This document shows positions 10,973 to 21,027 of a stretch of DNA of 64,000 nucleotides, piece after piece. The first letter of the stretch is position 1, and each line of letters opens with the position of its first letter. Position numbers and translations under genes: made by a program. The stretch comes from an uncultured Acidobacteriota bacterium (GTDB lineage Bacteria > Acidobacteriota > UBA6911). The stretch covers positions 64,001-128,000 of the forward strand of contig CAWHCF010000034.1 in NCBI GenBank assembly GCA_963827655.1, given 5' to 3'. Under the pieces are notes generated by a model that was given only the letters and a program-made list of their open reading frames with translations, ran no database searches and was not told the origin of the DNA.

Positions 10973-11788
10973 ATGTTCCCGACACCTCGGGATTCACCCT
11001 ATTCCAATTTTCGCCAGATAAGGGATGCGGCTCTCAATCTCGTTTACCCTCAAGACTGCCTGGTCTGCAACGTTCCCGTGGCTCGTTACCAGGACCACGG
11101 CGTTTGCTGCCGGTGCTGGGAGAGAGTGCTGCAGTTGCGCCTGGTTCCGCCCTGGTGCCCATCGTGCGGAGTACCCGTGGGGACTGCGCCTTTAGAGCAA
11201 GGCGAAACAAACGCGGGACCGATGGCGGCCGCCCCGGCTTCTCTTTGCTTGAAATGCGCCCTCCAGCTGCCGCCTTACTCGGGCGCGCGCTCGTTTGGAT
11301 ACTACACCTCCGAATTGAGGCAACTCATCCAGGCATTCAAATTCAAAGGACGGCGAGATCTGGCCCGCCTTCTTGCTCCATTGATCGCCTCGACCTACCT
11401 CGAATCCTGGCCTGAGCGTGAAGCTGATGTGATAGTACCGGTACCGCTTCATTCAAAACGCAAAAGAGAGCGCAGCTACAATCAGGCGGCTTTGCTGGCA
11501 ACCATGGTTGCCCGTTTTCTGAGGCTCGGCTGCTGGGAGAAAATACTCGCCCGCGTGCGCCACACTGCGCCTCAGATCGGTCTCACAGATGCGGAGCGCT
11601 CCCGCAACGTGTGGAAGGCTTTCAAATGTACGCAGCCGGCTCTTGTGCGCCGAAAGCGGCTGCTTCTGATTGATGATGTGATGACCACAGGCGCAACCGT
11701 CGCCAGCGCCACCGAAGCGTTATTGGAGGCAGGGGCACTGCGGGTATCGGTGTTGACGATCGCGCGCGCCGTGCCGGGCGTCGAATGA
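10973..11788 (+). CDS. comF: ComF family protein (double zinc ribbon plus PRTase domain)
   Basis: Several CxxC pairs, VPVPLH, ERSYNQA, LLIDDVMTTGAT. Confidence 0.88.
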   Translation: MFPTPRDSPYSNFRQIRDAALNLVYPQDCLVCNVPVARYQDHGVCCRCWERVLQLRLVPPWCPSCGVPVGTAPLEQGETNAGPMAAAPASLCLKCALQLPPYSGARSFGYYTSELRQLIQAFKFKGRRDLARLLAPLIASTYLESWPEREADVIVPVPLHSKRKRERSYNQAALLATMVARFLRLGCWEKILARVRHTAPQIGLTDAERSRNVWKAFKCTQPALVRRKRLLLIDDVMTTGATVASATEALLEAGALRVSVLTIARAVPGVE

Positions 11789-11826
11789 TCGAGCTTCTTG
11801 GCGGTTAGTTCCTGTTCCGACGGGAA

Positions 11827-12223
11827 TTACTTCGGCTGGCGGGAACTCCGACTCTTGCGCCGGCTATCCCACTCGCTGATGATTTTTTCGAATTGAGCCT
11901 TCTGATCTTCGCGGAGGATCTGCCGAATTTCCTGGTTGGTCTCGTTGCGGATAACTTGGTATTGAGGGCGGAACTGCACGGACAAGGCGTGGTAGCGGTC
12001 GCGACTCTGGCTGATGATCACCTGAAGCTTTTCCTTCTGCTGCGGATCGAGATTGAGCCCCATGTGCGAGATCATCGACGATTTTTTGAGATCCCTTCAC
12101 CCGGGATTTCGCGCTCGCAGCCTCGACGTGACTCTTGTACAGAGAGTGAGAAACAGCGCCGGTAACGGCGCCCAGCACGAATACTCCAAGGAGTAAGATT
12201 CCTGCGCCGGTTCTTGATTTCAT
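11827..12223 (-). pseudogene. Periplasmic Spy/CpxP-like protein split by a 1-bp frameshift near 12060
   Basis: The signal/TM ORF 11864-12223 joins LNLDPQQKEKL... of ORF 11827-12075 if one G is removed from CATGGGGCTC. Confidence 0.6.
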
Positions 12224-12244
12224 GCACCTGCTCCTGGGGCGTGG

Positions 12245-12757
12245 CTAATTCTGCGGTCGATCCCCCGATTCAACTCCGAGAGTCTGGGGCGACTCCTCTT
12301 CGGCAATTGAGCGAAGGACGGCCTCTTCTGTGATGTCATCATCCTGCTCGGCGATCACCATTCGGACGGGCCGGTCACCTGGCATGAAGATCATGTCGTA
12401 GGCCTGATACACGTCCACATCGGTGGTTCCGAGCTGCGAATAGGCGAACACGGAGACGAGCACAAGTGTAACAACCGCAAGAGCCGGTACCAACTGCCGC
12501 GAAAGACCCAGAACGACCTGCCAAATAGTGATGCTTTGTGACTCTGCTAGCTGCGCGCGAAGCCTCTGGTAGAAGAATGGCGAAGGCTCAAAGGCCGGAA
12601 GTGCCCGGCCGATTCGGCGGGGAAGCAGGAGGAGCTTCATCTGCCGGGCACAAGAAGGGCACTCGGCAAGATGAATTTGAAGCTGCTCGCTTTCCCGAAC
12701 ATTCAGCTCCTGATCCAGGCTACGGAAGATCGAGGTTCCTGCTGCGGCGCAGTCCAT
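12245..12757 (-). CDS. zf-HC2 anti-sigma factor-like membrane protein
   Basis: MDC...HLAECPSC (HxxxCxxC) followed by one TM helix. Confidence 0.8.
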   Translation of the reverse strand: MDCAAAGTSIFRSLDQELNVRESEQLQIHLAECPSCARQMKLLLLPRRIGRALPAFEPSPFFYQRLRAQLAESQSITIWQVVLGLSRQLVPALAVVTLVLVSVFAYSQLGTTDVDVYQAYDMIFMPGDRPVRMVIAEQDDDITEEAVLRSIAEEESPQTLGVESGDRPQN

Positions 12758-13037
12758 CGGTAAACCTCTAGGCTAAAACAGCAGTGGTGATCTCAAGATC
12801 GGTGCTCTGGGCCAAGGACCTTCGAGATTCTCGGCCTCACCGCTCCTTTTCCCCACAGTGCTTAATTACGTTCGGTATGAAGCGCTTATTTCGTTTTTAT
12901 GAGAACCCGATTCAAGCTTTTGGATCCTTCGTAATGACAGCATCTTAGCATAGCCATTCCACAAGTCCAAGGAATTACTCGGTCGTTTGCTTCCCATTCA
13001 GACGCTGCGTCAAGTGCGCGTTTTCGTATCAAAGAAC

Positions 13038-14066
13038 TTACAGGATAAGCATGCAGTCCCCGTAGCTGAAGAACCGGTAGCGGCGGGATACGGCTTCCCG
13101 GTAGCACTCCATCATGAACTCCCGTCCGCCGAAAGCACAAACCAGCATCAGCAGAGTAGATCTCGGAAGGTGAAAATTGGTTAGCAAGCCATCGATGGCG
13201 CGGAACTGGAAGCCGGGGTATATGAATAGATCGCACCAGCCTGAGGATTCCTGAATCCCGTGTGGTTCCTGGCGGGCCAGGTACTCCAGGGTCCTGGTCG
13301 TGGTGGTCCCGACCGCGATGAGACGGCTTCCCTGGTTCTTGCGATTTCGAATGAAGGCGGCCGACTCCTCGGACACTTCAAAGTACTCGGCCTCGATGCG
13401 GTGGTCTTCGATCTCGTCGCAGCGCACCGGCTGAAAGGTTCCATAACCTACGTGGAGAAGAATCTCGCATTGCGGCACGCCGCTCTCATCCAGACGTTGT
13501 AGCACCTCCCGGGTAAAATGAAGACCCGCAGTCGGAGCGGCGATCGAGCCCTGATGCGAGGCGAAAACGGTCTGGTAGCGCTCACGATCCTGGGATAAGT
13601 CTTTTCTGCGGATGTAGGCCGGCACTGGGGGCTCGCCGATCTTATCCACGACCGTCAGGAGATTCTCGGGAGGATCAAATTGAAGCAGACGGCGCCCGTC
13701 TTCTCGCACCCCGACCACTTCCGCCTGGAGGCCCCCCAGTTCCAATAGCTGTCCTCGGGCGGCCTTACGCGCCGGCTTGATAAGAGCCACCCACAGCCCG
13801 GGCCCCTCCTCGCGCGTCAGGAGAATCTCAATTCTCTCTTCCTTGCCTGGTCTCCGGGCCCAGATCCTCGCGGGGAAGACCCTTGTGTTATTCACGACGA
13901 GAAATGACGGTGGCGTCAGCAGGTCTGGGAGCTCGCGAAAAAACCGGTGCTCCCACCGGAGTCCTTCACGCCGGACAACCATCATCCGGGACTGGTCGCG
14001 TGAAGGAAGCGGCAGCTGAGCGATCAATTCCTCCGGGAGTGAATAATCGAAGTCGCGAAGCTTCAC
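13038..14066 (-). CDS. queA: tRNA preQ1(34) SAM ribosyltransferase-isomerase QueA
   Basis: DFDYSLPEELIAQ, RYQTVFA, AAPTAGLHFT, TNFHLPRSTL, YRFFSYGD. Confidence 0.98.
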   Translation of the reverse strand: MKLRDFDYSLPEELIAQLPLPSRDQSRMMVVRREGLRWEHRFFRELPDLLTPPSFLVVNNTRVFPARIWARRPGKEERIEILLTREEGPGLWVALIKPARKAARGQLLELGGLQAEVVGVREDGRRLLQFDPPENLLTVVDKIGEPPVPAYIRRKDLSQDRERYQTVFASHQGSIAAPTAGLHFTREVLQRLDESGVPQCEILLHVGYGTFQPVRCDEIEDHRIEAEYFEVSEESAAFIRNRKNQGSRLIAVGTTTTRTLEYLARQEPHGIQESSGWCDLFIYPGFQFRAIDGLLTNFHLPRSTLLMLVCAFGGREFMMECYREAVSRRYRFFSYGDCMLIL

Positions 14067-14119
14067 CGTTTGAACTTAGGACCAGGTTTTCCGTTTACTA
14101 CGCAGCCTGGCACCCCTCG

Positions 14120-14269
14120 GGATCGCGCTCCTTCGGGCTGCGGCCCGCAGGCCCGCTGGCTTTGTTTGCTCGCTCTTCACGACGGCACCTGGCTACGCAT
14201 CGTCGCTCGCGCCTCGCGAGCGGGCCTGGAGCCTGCAGCAGAATGCGAACTTATTTCTGCGCGAACCCT
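14120..14269 (-). mobile_element. MITE copy A (partial, inverted relative to copy C)
   Basis: Reverse-complement match to the left part of 16389-16620, including the terminal repeat cagaatgcgaacttatttctgcgcgaaccct. Confidence 0.75.
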
Positions 14270-15189
14270 TAGCGCGGCCAGGAAAAGGGACGGATTCCGG
14301 AACTGGAGCTGTTCTGGACTGAATCGACCTCGAGGGGTGACTCAGGCTCCAACCAGGGCCTGTGAAGCTGAGCGGAGAAATTGGCGCCAAACAGCATGAT
14401 AAAGCTCGATGTGTAGACCCAGGCCAGAATCGTAATGACGGCTCCCATCGTGCCATACACCCTTTCATAATCAAAGAAAGGGACTAGCTTGACGAAAACT
14501 GTGCTGCTGACTTCCCACAGAGAAGACGCCACGATGGCGCCCGAGAAGGCTTCACGCCACCTGATTTCCCGGTCCGGCATCAACTTGTACACCAGGAGAA
14601 ACACCAGCGTGGCAATGAGGAATCCGGCGCTCAGAATGAGCGTTGACCAGATCGAATTGATAATCTCATCCCGCGCGAACTCCGGCACCCGTGCAGCGGC
14701 CCTGGAACGGACGGCGCTCACCGACCACGTAATTCCGGTGGCTGCCAGGAGGAGAATTCCGCCGAGGACAAGAAGGGCGATGCCCAGGAGCCGGCTTTCC
14801 CAGAAGGTTCTTCTCCTGCGCACCGCCCAGGCCATGTTCATAGCGTTCTCGACGAACATGAATACCCAGTTGGAAGACCAGAGAAGAACTACCAGGCAGG
14901 AAACAACCAGAGCGGCAGACGGGTCGGTAAGCTCCGAAAGGTTACCTTCCAGAAAAGCCCGGGAAGCCGGGAAAAGGTCGACGATTCGCCCCAGGACCGT
15001 ATCGTGCAAGTCGAGCCATCCGAGCAGAGCATCTACCAGGGCTACCATGACCAGGGTGGCCGGGAAGATTCCGAAGAGACTGAAATACGAAATTGCAGCG
15101 GCTGTGCCTGGGATTTCGTAGTGAAGCATTGCCCGGGAAGCTCCAGCCAGCGCCACAGCCACTCGTCTGATCCGAGACGGCTTCCTCAT
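14269..15189 (-). CDS. YihY/virulence factor BrkB family membrane protein
   Basis: AAAISYFSLFGIFP, LVYKLMP, YERVYGTMGAVITILAWVY; the longer ORF start lies inside a MITE. Confidence 0.88.
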   Translation of the reverse strand: MRKPSRIRRVAVALAGASRAMLHYEIPGTAAAISYFSLFGIFPATLVMVALVDALLGWLDLHDTVLGRIVDLFPASRAFLEGNLSELTDPSAALVVSCLVVLLWSSNWVFMFVENAMNMAWAVRRRRTFWESRLLGIALLVLGGILLLAATGITWSVSAVRSRAAARVPEFARDEIINSIWSTLILSAGFLIATLVFLLVYKLMPDREIRWREAFSGAIVASSLWEVSSTVFVKLVPFFDYERVYGTMGAVITILAWVYTSSFIMLFGANFSAQLHRPWLEPESPLEVDSVQNSSSSGIRPFSWPR

Positions 15190-15237
15190 AATCCTGGTTT
15201 CGGTGACATGCAGGGACTTTGCTTTCCAAGAAATACG

Positions 15238-15422
15238 CCCCCAGGCCGCTGGCGAGGCGCGAGCGACGATGCGTACCCGGTGCGGTACGTGAGGAGCGAG
15301 CAAAGCCAGCGGGGCTGCGGGCCGCAGCCCGAAGGGGCGCGATCCTCAGCGTGCTTATACAACGGTTCATGATTGACCACCGACTCTCGCGCCAGAATGT
15401 GAAGTTATTTCTGCGCGAGCCT
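15238..15422 (+). mobile_element. MITE copy B (lacks an intact left terminus)
   Basis: Near-identical to the central and right parts of 16389-16620. Confidence 0.75.
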
Positions 15423-15612
15423 AGATCCTCTCTCGGCGAATGCTGACAGACAAGCCCGAGCTTAGCTATTATCCGCCGTTACAGTAGCCGATAGCGGGTT
15501 CCCGAGGTTAGGGGAAAGCGAGTCTGTCACCCAATTCCCGCTTTGACTTATCGCCGGCTGCGGCCTAATATAACCACTCCTCGATAGTCGGTCGTGCGGA
15601 GCGCAACCAGAG

Positions 15613-16371
15613 TTGTCACCCCAGCCCAAATCGGAAATGCCTTTCCCTGGTGACGTTGCCCCCCTGATTGGATTGCCGTCCAGAATGGATCCAGGGACCG
15701 ACACCCAGTACCTCAGCCGCCACTATGCCGATGCCATCCTGGATGCAGGCGGCATCCCGGTCATTATACCTCTACTGGAAAAGCCCGGTGCCCTCCGAAG
15801 CCTGGCCGAGACTCTGGACGGTATCTTGCTCACCGGGAGCAGCAGCGACGTCGATCCTCAGGAGTACGGCGCGGAGCGCGAGCCGGCGTGCGGTCCGGTG
15901 CAACCATTGCGCGACGCCACCGACTTCCAGCTCCTGGATATCGCTCTGAACCGGAAGAAACCCGTTCTCGGGATCTGCTTCGGCATGCAGTCAGTAAATG
16001 TTTTTTTGGGTGGGACCTTGATTCAAGACATCGACACGCGAATCGGAAACACTATCGTTCATGACAATCCGAGTACGGAGGGACGTCCGGCCCATGGCAT
16101 CGAGATTCGGCAGGGATCGGTTCTGGAAGAGCTTGTTCCCGGGGTCAAGGCGGAAGTGAACAGCACGCATCACCAGGCCATCGATCGTGTAGCGCCTGGT
16201 CTGGAAGTCATCGCCAGAGCACCCGACGGAGTCGTCGAGTCAGTAATCAGCCGAGGCTCCGACCCGTGGATCCTGGGCGTCCAATGGCACCCTGAGAAAA
16301 GCTTCCGCTACGACAGGTTGTCGAAAAAAATTTTCGAGCTGTTTCTGTCGCGATGCCGCACGCCGCTTTAG
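15613..16371 (+). CDS. Gamma-glutamyl-gamma-aminobutyrate hydrolase family (peptidase C26, class I glutamine amidotransferase)
   Basis: LGICFGMQ, VNSTHHQAI, GVQWHPE. Confidence 0.9.
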   Translation: MSPQPKSEMPFPGDVAPLIGLPSRMDPGTDTQYLSRHYADAILDAGGIPVIIPLLEKPGALRSLAETLDGILLTGSSSDVDPQEYGAEREPACGPVQPLRDATDFQLLDIALNRKKPVLGICFGMQSVNVFLGGTLIQDIDTRIGNTIVHDNPSTEGRPAHGIEIRQGSVLEELVPGVKAEVNSTHHQAIDRVAPGLEVIARAPDGVVESVISRGSDPWILGVQWHPEKSFRYDRLSKKIFELFLSRCRTPL

Positions 16372-16388
16372 CTCGGCGTCAAGGTGTC

Positions 16389-16620
16389 AGGGTTCGCGCA
16401 GAAATAAGTTCGCATTCTGCTGCAGGCCCCAGGCCGCTGGCGAGGCGCGAGCGACGATGCGTACCCGTGCGGTACGTGAGGAGCGAGCAACAAAGCCAGC
16501 GGGCCTGCGGGCCGCAGCCCGAAGGGGCGCGATCCTCAGCCTGCTTAGCGAACAGAAACCGGTTCATGATTGACTACCGACTCTCGCGCCAGAATGTGAA
16601 GTTATTTCTGCGCGAGCCCT
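16389..16620 (+). mobile_element. MITE copy C, full length (232 bp) with ~31-bp imperfect terminal inverted repeats
   Basis: AGGGTTCGCGCAGAAATAAGTTCGCATTCTG ... CAGAATGTGAAGTTATTTCTGCGCGAGCCCT; no credible coding capacity. Confidence 0.82.
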
Positions 16621-16662
16621 AAGACGCGAAGAACGGCTGAATCGCATTCAAAAGGAGCAGCA

Positions 16663-17229
16663 TTGCCGACCCATTCCATGAAAGATCATGTGCGCAAAAT
16701 CCTGGTTGAAATCGGAGAGGATCCTGATCGCGAGGGCTTGAAAGGAACGCCCTACCGGGTCGATCAGGCGTTGAGATACCTGACCAAGGGCTATTCTCAA
16801 GATGTCGATAAGATTCTGAACAACGCTCTCTTCAACGTGAAGTACGACGAAATGGTCATCGTGACCGACATCGATTTTTTCAGCCTGTGTGAGCATCACC
16901 TGCTCCCGTTTTTCGGTAAATGCCACGTGGCCTATCTCCCGGACAAGAAGGTGATCGGGTTGAGCAAGATTCCGCGCCTGGTTGAGCTCTTTAGCCGGAG
17001 GCTTCAAGTTCAGGAGCGGTTGACCTATCAGATTGCCGAGACCATAAGCAAGAAGATTGCCCCCCTGGGGGTGGGGGTGGTCATCGAGGCCCAGCACATG
17101 TGCATGATAATGCGCGGTGTGGAGAAGCAGAATTCCCGGGCCATCACGAGCGCCATGCTCGGCGTATTCCAGACCCAGGAGACCCGTATCGAATTCCTGG
17201 ATCTGATTCTCAGAGGCAGGACGCGATAG
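16663..17229 (+). CDS. folE: GTP cyclohydrolase I
   Basis: [44 protein letters not shown]. Confidence 0.97.
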   Translation: MPTHSMKDHVRKILVEIGEDPDREGLKGTPYRVDQALRYLTKGYSQDVDKILNNALFNVKYDEMVIVTDIDFFSLCEHHLLPFFGKCHVAYLPDKKVIGLSKIPRLVELFSRRLQVQERLTYQIAETISKKIAPLGVGVVIEAQHMCMIMRGVEKQNSRAITSAMLGVFQTQETRIEFLDLILRGRTR

Positions 17230-17296
17230 AATTCCTGGTGTTTCTTCGTGTCTTTGGGTCCTGGTGGTATTTGTTTCGGTGCGGGAAGCGGGTAAG

Positions 17297-18925
17297 CTAG
17301 CGTATCCGTATTCGAAATGGCATCCAGAGTAACACGGCTGCTCTGCCAATCCATTCCAATGCTCCAAGCAACTCGACACCCGGATGGGGTGCCGCGAAAA
17401 GTCGCAAACCAGCCGTGATGTCGGGCGCAATTAACTCTCGGAGCCGCCGACGCCGGTGGTAGTGTACGAGCCTCGTTTTTTGGGTTTCGGGTATGCCGGC
17501 TCGCCGGCGGGCTTCCTCAATCGCTTCCCTTAACCCGGCGGTCATATCCACCAAACCGTTATCCCGGGCGCGCACGCCGCTCCAGATGCGGCCTCGACCA
17601 ACCTGGTCCGCCGCATCGTCCGACATTCTTCGGCCATCGGCCACCTTCTTCAGGAAATCCTGCCGATAGAATTCTTCCAGCTGTCTGGCGAGTCGGTCGG
17701 ACTCGCCTTGAGAAAATGACGATAACGGCGACCCGTATTCCGCGTGGTCTCCACGGCGCAGCGACGTGTGGTGAACACCCAGGCGTTCAATCAACTTCTT
17801 GGCGACGAACTTACCTCCCATGACCCCTATCGACCCGGTGATTGAAGTAGGCTCGGCGACGATGCTCGAGGCTGCGGCAGCGATGTAATAAGCGCCCGAA
17901 GCGGCGACGTCCCCGAAGCTTGCCACCACGGGTTTTTTCTTCTGGAGAAGAGAAACCTTCCTCCAGATTACATCGGACGCGATGCCGGTCCCGCCGGGCG
18001 AGTCTATTCGCAGAACGACGGCGCGGATCCGCCGCGACTTGTTGGCGTGATCCAGGAACCCGCCGATGGTATCCGATCCTGAGATGGCGCGGCCATCCGC
18101 CCCCCGGCGACTCTCGCCCGACGATAAGTTGCCGATTACATGTACCAACGCAACGCGGGGACGCCGGAAGGTGATGAGTCGTCGAATGAAACCTTCACCC
18201 ACAGAAAGTTTACTGGCGGGAATCGCCCGCAGCGCGCAGCCGAATTTTTCTTCGAGCTTCTCTTTGATTTCGTCCTCGTAACCGAGGCCATCCACCAGCC
18301 GTTGTTCGTAGGCCTCCCTTGCGGTGTAGGGACCCTGGTTGATTTTGGCCATGATTTCTTCGCGCGGCAGGCCGCGCCCCTCGCCCAGGAGCCGGCAAAA
18401 CTCTTCGAACAGGTCATCCAGCAGAACATTCCACTGCTCGCGCGACTGTGGCGACATTTCATTGCGGGTAAAGGTCTCGCCCGCCGACTTGTACTCTCCC
18501 ACTGACTGAAGACTTGGTTCGATCCCGAGACGGTCCAGGACATCGCGAAAAAAGAAAACCTCGGCTTTCAGCCCGACAAGATGGAGACTGGAAGCCGGCG
18601 GGATAAAGATTTGATCGCACGCGCTGGCCAAGAAGTATTCCGCGTTGCCGCCACTCTCCATGAAACAATAGATCGGCTTCCCGCTGCGTCGAAACTGGAC
18701 CAGCGAACGGCGAAGGGCGCTCAAGCGGCCCCAGCCAATGACCAGGTCGTCCAGAGTCAACTCCATGGCGACAATCTTGCGGTTCCGCGCGGCCTTTTCG
18801 ATAGCTGCGAGGACGTCTTCCAGCGCCGTCTTCTCGCGGCGTGAGAACAGGGTGTAATCGGGCCGACCCTCAATGATTTCTTCCTTCAGGAGCAGCTGAA
18901 GGTACCGTGGTTTAGGTTTTCTCAT
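17297..18925 (-). CDS. sppA: Signal peptide peptidase SppA (tandem S49 domains)
   Basis: GEYKSAGE, LRIDSPGG, VAASGAYY, ITGSIGV, GRIWSG. Confidence 0.92.
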   Translation of the reverse strand: MRKPKPRYLQLLLKEEIIEGRPDYTLFSRREKTALEDVLAAIEKAARNRKIVAMELTLDDLVIGWGRLSALRRSLVQFRRSGKPIYCFMESGGNAEYFLASACDQIFIPPASSLHLVGLKAEVFFFRDVLDRLGIEPSLQSVGEYKSAGETFTRNEMSPQSREQWNVLLDDLFEEFCRLLGEGRGLPREEIMAKINQGPYTAREAYEQRLVDGLGYEDEIKEKLEEKFGCALRAIPASKLSVGEGFIRRLITFRRPRVALVHVIGNLSSGESRRGADGRAISGSDTIGGFLDHANKSRRIRAVVLRIDSPGGTGIASDVIWRKVSLLQKKKPVVASFGDVAASGAYYIAAAASSIVAEPTSITGSIGVMGGKFVAKKLIERLGVHHTSLRRGDHAEYGSPLSSFSQGESDRLARQLEEFYRQDFLKKVADGRRMSDDAADQVGRGRIWSGVRARDNGLVDMTAGLREAIEEARRRAGIPETQKTRLVHYHRRRRLRELIAPDITAGLRLFAAPHPGVELLGALEWIGRAAVLLWMPFRIRIR

Positions 18926-20237
18926 ACAATCTCCGTTCCAGCCAGGATGACAGTATGGGCCCCTTCCGCCGTATTTCCCACGCCATCAGAGCGTACATAG
19001 GAAGATACTCGACCAGCAACACCCAGGGCGGCTCGTACACGGGATGATAGGCATAGGCCAGGTACGACAGAAAAACCGCGCCGGTCCAGTAGATCATGAA
19101 TCCATAGGGAAGTATCGGCAGCGCCAACGCCGCCCAGGAGAGGTACCAGGGGTGCACAGTGGTCGACAGGCAAAGGTCGGCGATCATTAGCCAGAAACCC
19201 GCATGCAGCAGATCGCGCTCGCTTCGAACAGGAAATTTCCACCAGATCACAGCGCAGATCAAGACCAGGATGACAGCGAGAAAAGGGCCGGTAAACTTGT
19301 CCCACGCCTGCTGGAACACCTCGCGACCGATAAACCGGAGCAGATAGTGGACACTGGCATTGAACTCGAAGAGCCGGTAATAAAGTGAGAGCGACCGAAT
19401 GTAGCGCAGGCCCGAGGAGGGTGTGTAGTAGATCCAAACGAGGACGGCGCCGGCTGCGATACCGGCGAGCGCCGCCTTCCAGCCGGTTCGGCGCAGGTAG
19501 AACGGAAACCACAGCGCCGGGTGCAGTTTCACGAGCGTGGCCGCCGCATAAGAGACCATCGCCGTGATTTTCCTGGAGTGATGAAGAAGAAGAATCGAAA
19601 GGAGCATGAAGAACATCATCGCGCTGTCCGAGTGGCCGGAGTGCGAAAACTCGAAGATGAAAAACGGATTCCAGGCGAGAAGGTACAGCGGCTGCATCGG
19701 CCGACCGAGAGCTTTGATGAGCCTCCAGGCCAGTATCACAACTCCGAATTCAAAGGCGCTGAAAACAGCCTTCATGGCAAGAAAACTGTTGCCGAAGACT
19801 TCATACGAAAACCGGAAAAGGATTTGTGAAAGGGGAGGATAGGCCGTCAGGTACTGTTTCGAATTCAGGAACGGATAAATGCTCGAATCGCGAAGCGCCT
19901 GCAGCTCGGGGGCGTCCGGGGTGAACCGGAACGGATCGTACCCCATCGCCGAAACTCTCGCGTCCCACATATACCGGTACACATCTTCGCTCTGGTAGGG
20001 CGGGGCCGGTAAGACCGTGAGACGAAAGAGAAATGCGAATGCCAGGATTGAAATGAGCCCGGGAGTGTTCCTTATGGGTAGCCGGAAAAAGGCCCAGAGG
20101 CAGAGTGCGAACTCGGCCAGCATCAAGCAGACAAAAGCGACGGCATGCTCACGAAGCGGCCCCAGGCCGAGGGCCGCGACCCAGAGCAACTCGACCGTGG
20201 TTCCCAGCATGAAGATTGGTGCTAACTGCTTGAGCAT
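18912..20237 (-). CDS. GT-C fold membrane glycosyltransferase (GT87-like)
   Basis: SEDVYRYMWD, YPPLSQ, AWNP, GHSD, TTVHPWY; many TM helices. Confidence 0.75.
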   Translation of the reverse strand: MLKQLAPIFMLGTTVELLWVAALGLGPLREHAVAFVCLMLAEFALCLWAFFRLPIRNTPGLISILAFAFLFRLTVLPAPPYQSEDVYRYMWDARVSAMGYDPFRFTPDAPELQALRDSSIYPFLNSKQYLTAYPPLSQILFRFSYEVFGNSFLAMKAVFSAFEFGVVILAWRLIKALGRPMQPLYLLAWNPFFIFEFSHSGHSDSAMMFFMLLSILLLHHSRKITAMVSYAAATLVKLHPALWFPFYLRRTGWKAALAGIAAGAVLVWIYYTPSSGLRYIRSLSLYYRLFEFNASVHYLLRFIGREVFQQAWDKFTGPFLAVILVLICAVIWWKFPVRSERDLLHAGFWLMIADLCLSTTVHPWYLSWAALALPILPYGFMIYWTGAVFLSYLAYAYHPVYEPPWVLLVEYLPMYALMAWEIRRKGPILSSWLERRLYEKT

Positions 20238-20468
20238 TCAAACAATATATCATGGTCCGGGCGGGACAAAACTCCTTGACGACCCTGGAGCCCTATGATA
20301 CTTCTTACCCTCTTCGCGTCTTCATGGTTAACGCTGGGGAACAGAGACCAGCCAACGAGACACGAAGACGCGAAGAAGCGCAAGAATCTTCGTAAGAAAA
20401 GCAAGAAACTACCAATCAGCGACGTCGAAGACGCTGGGGGAAGAGTGTCCTCGGCGCAGAGTAAGCCT

Positions 20469-20891
20469 GTGATCAGCCTTGATAGCTCCATAATACCGGC
20501 GATACTTATTTTTTTCTTGCTGATCTTTGCGCTCAATTCTCTTTTGTTCCGGCCGCTGATGCGGGTTCAGGCCGAGCGAGAAAGCAGAACCTCGGGTCTC
20601 TTGCTCGAGACGCAAAAGAAGGTCGACCACCACCTGGATTCATTCAGCAGTTATCAAGCCTCGCTCAAGAATGCCCGCATGCAGGGCTACCGGCACCAGG
20701 AGCAAGTTCGCGCGCAGGCAATGAAAAAACGCGCCGAAGTTCTGGAATCGGCCCGGCTAAATGCCGAAAAACTGATCCAGGATTCTCGCGCCACGATTCA
20801 GAGCCAGGTTGTCACCGCGAAGGAGCAGTTGGGCCGCGACGCCCAGGAAATCGCTCGCAGCATTGTGAGCACCATTCTGCAAAGGCCCTAA
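20469..20891 (+). CDS. ATP synthase F0 subunit b'
   Basis: N-terminal TM (FFLLIFALNSLLFRPL) plus long coiled coil; first of two b-type genes; GTG start inferred. Confidence 0.85.
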   Translation: MISLDSSIIPAILIFFLLIFALNSLLFRPLMRVQAERESRTSGLLLETQKKVDHHLDSFSSYQASLKNARMQGYRHQEQVRAQAMKKRAEVLESARLNAEKLIQDSRATIQSQVVTAKEQLGRDAQEIARSIVSTILQRP

Positions 20892-20893
20892 CA

Positions 20894-21027
20894 ATTGCGG
20901 ATTACCGATTTCAGATTGCGGATTGCGGATTGCGGATTGTCTCAGCTGACATTCTCACTCCGCGTGCAGCTTCTTGAAATCCGCAATCCGCAATCTGCAA
21001 TCCGCAATCGGTAAATCCGCAATCGGA
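20894..21027. repeat. Long inverted heptamer tandem repeat hairpin, (GATTGCG)n / (CAATCCG)n
   Basis: Arms at about 20894-20939 and 20977-21027 are mutually complementary, including the variant unit ATTACCG/CGGTAA. Confidence 0.85.
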
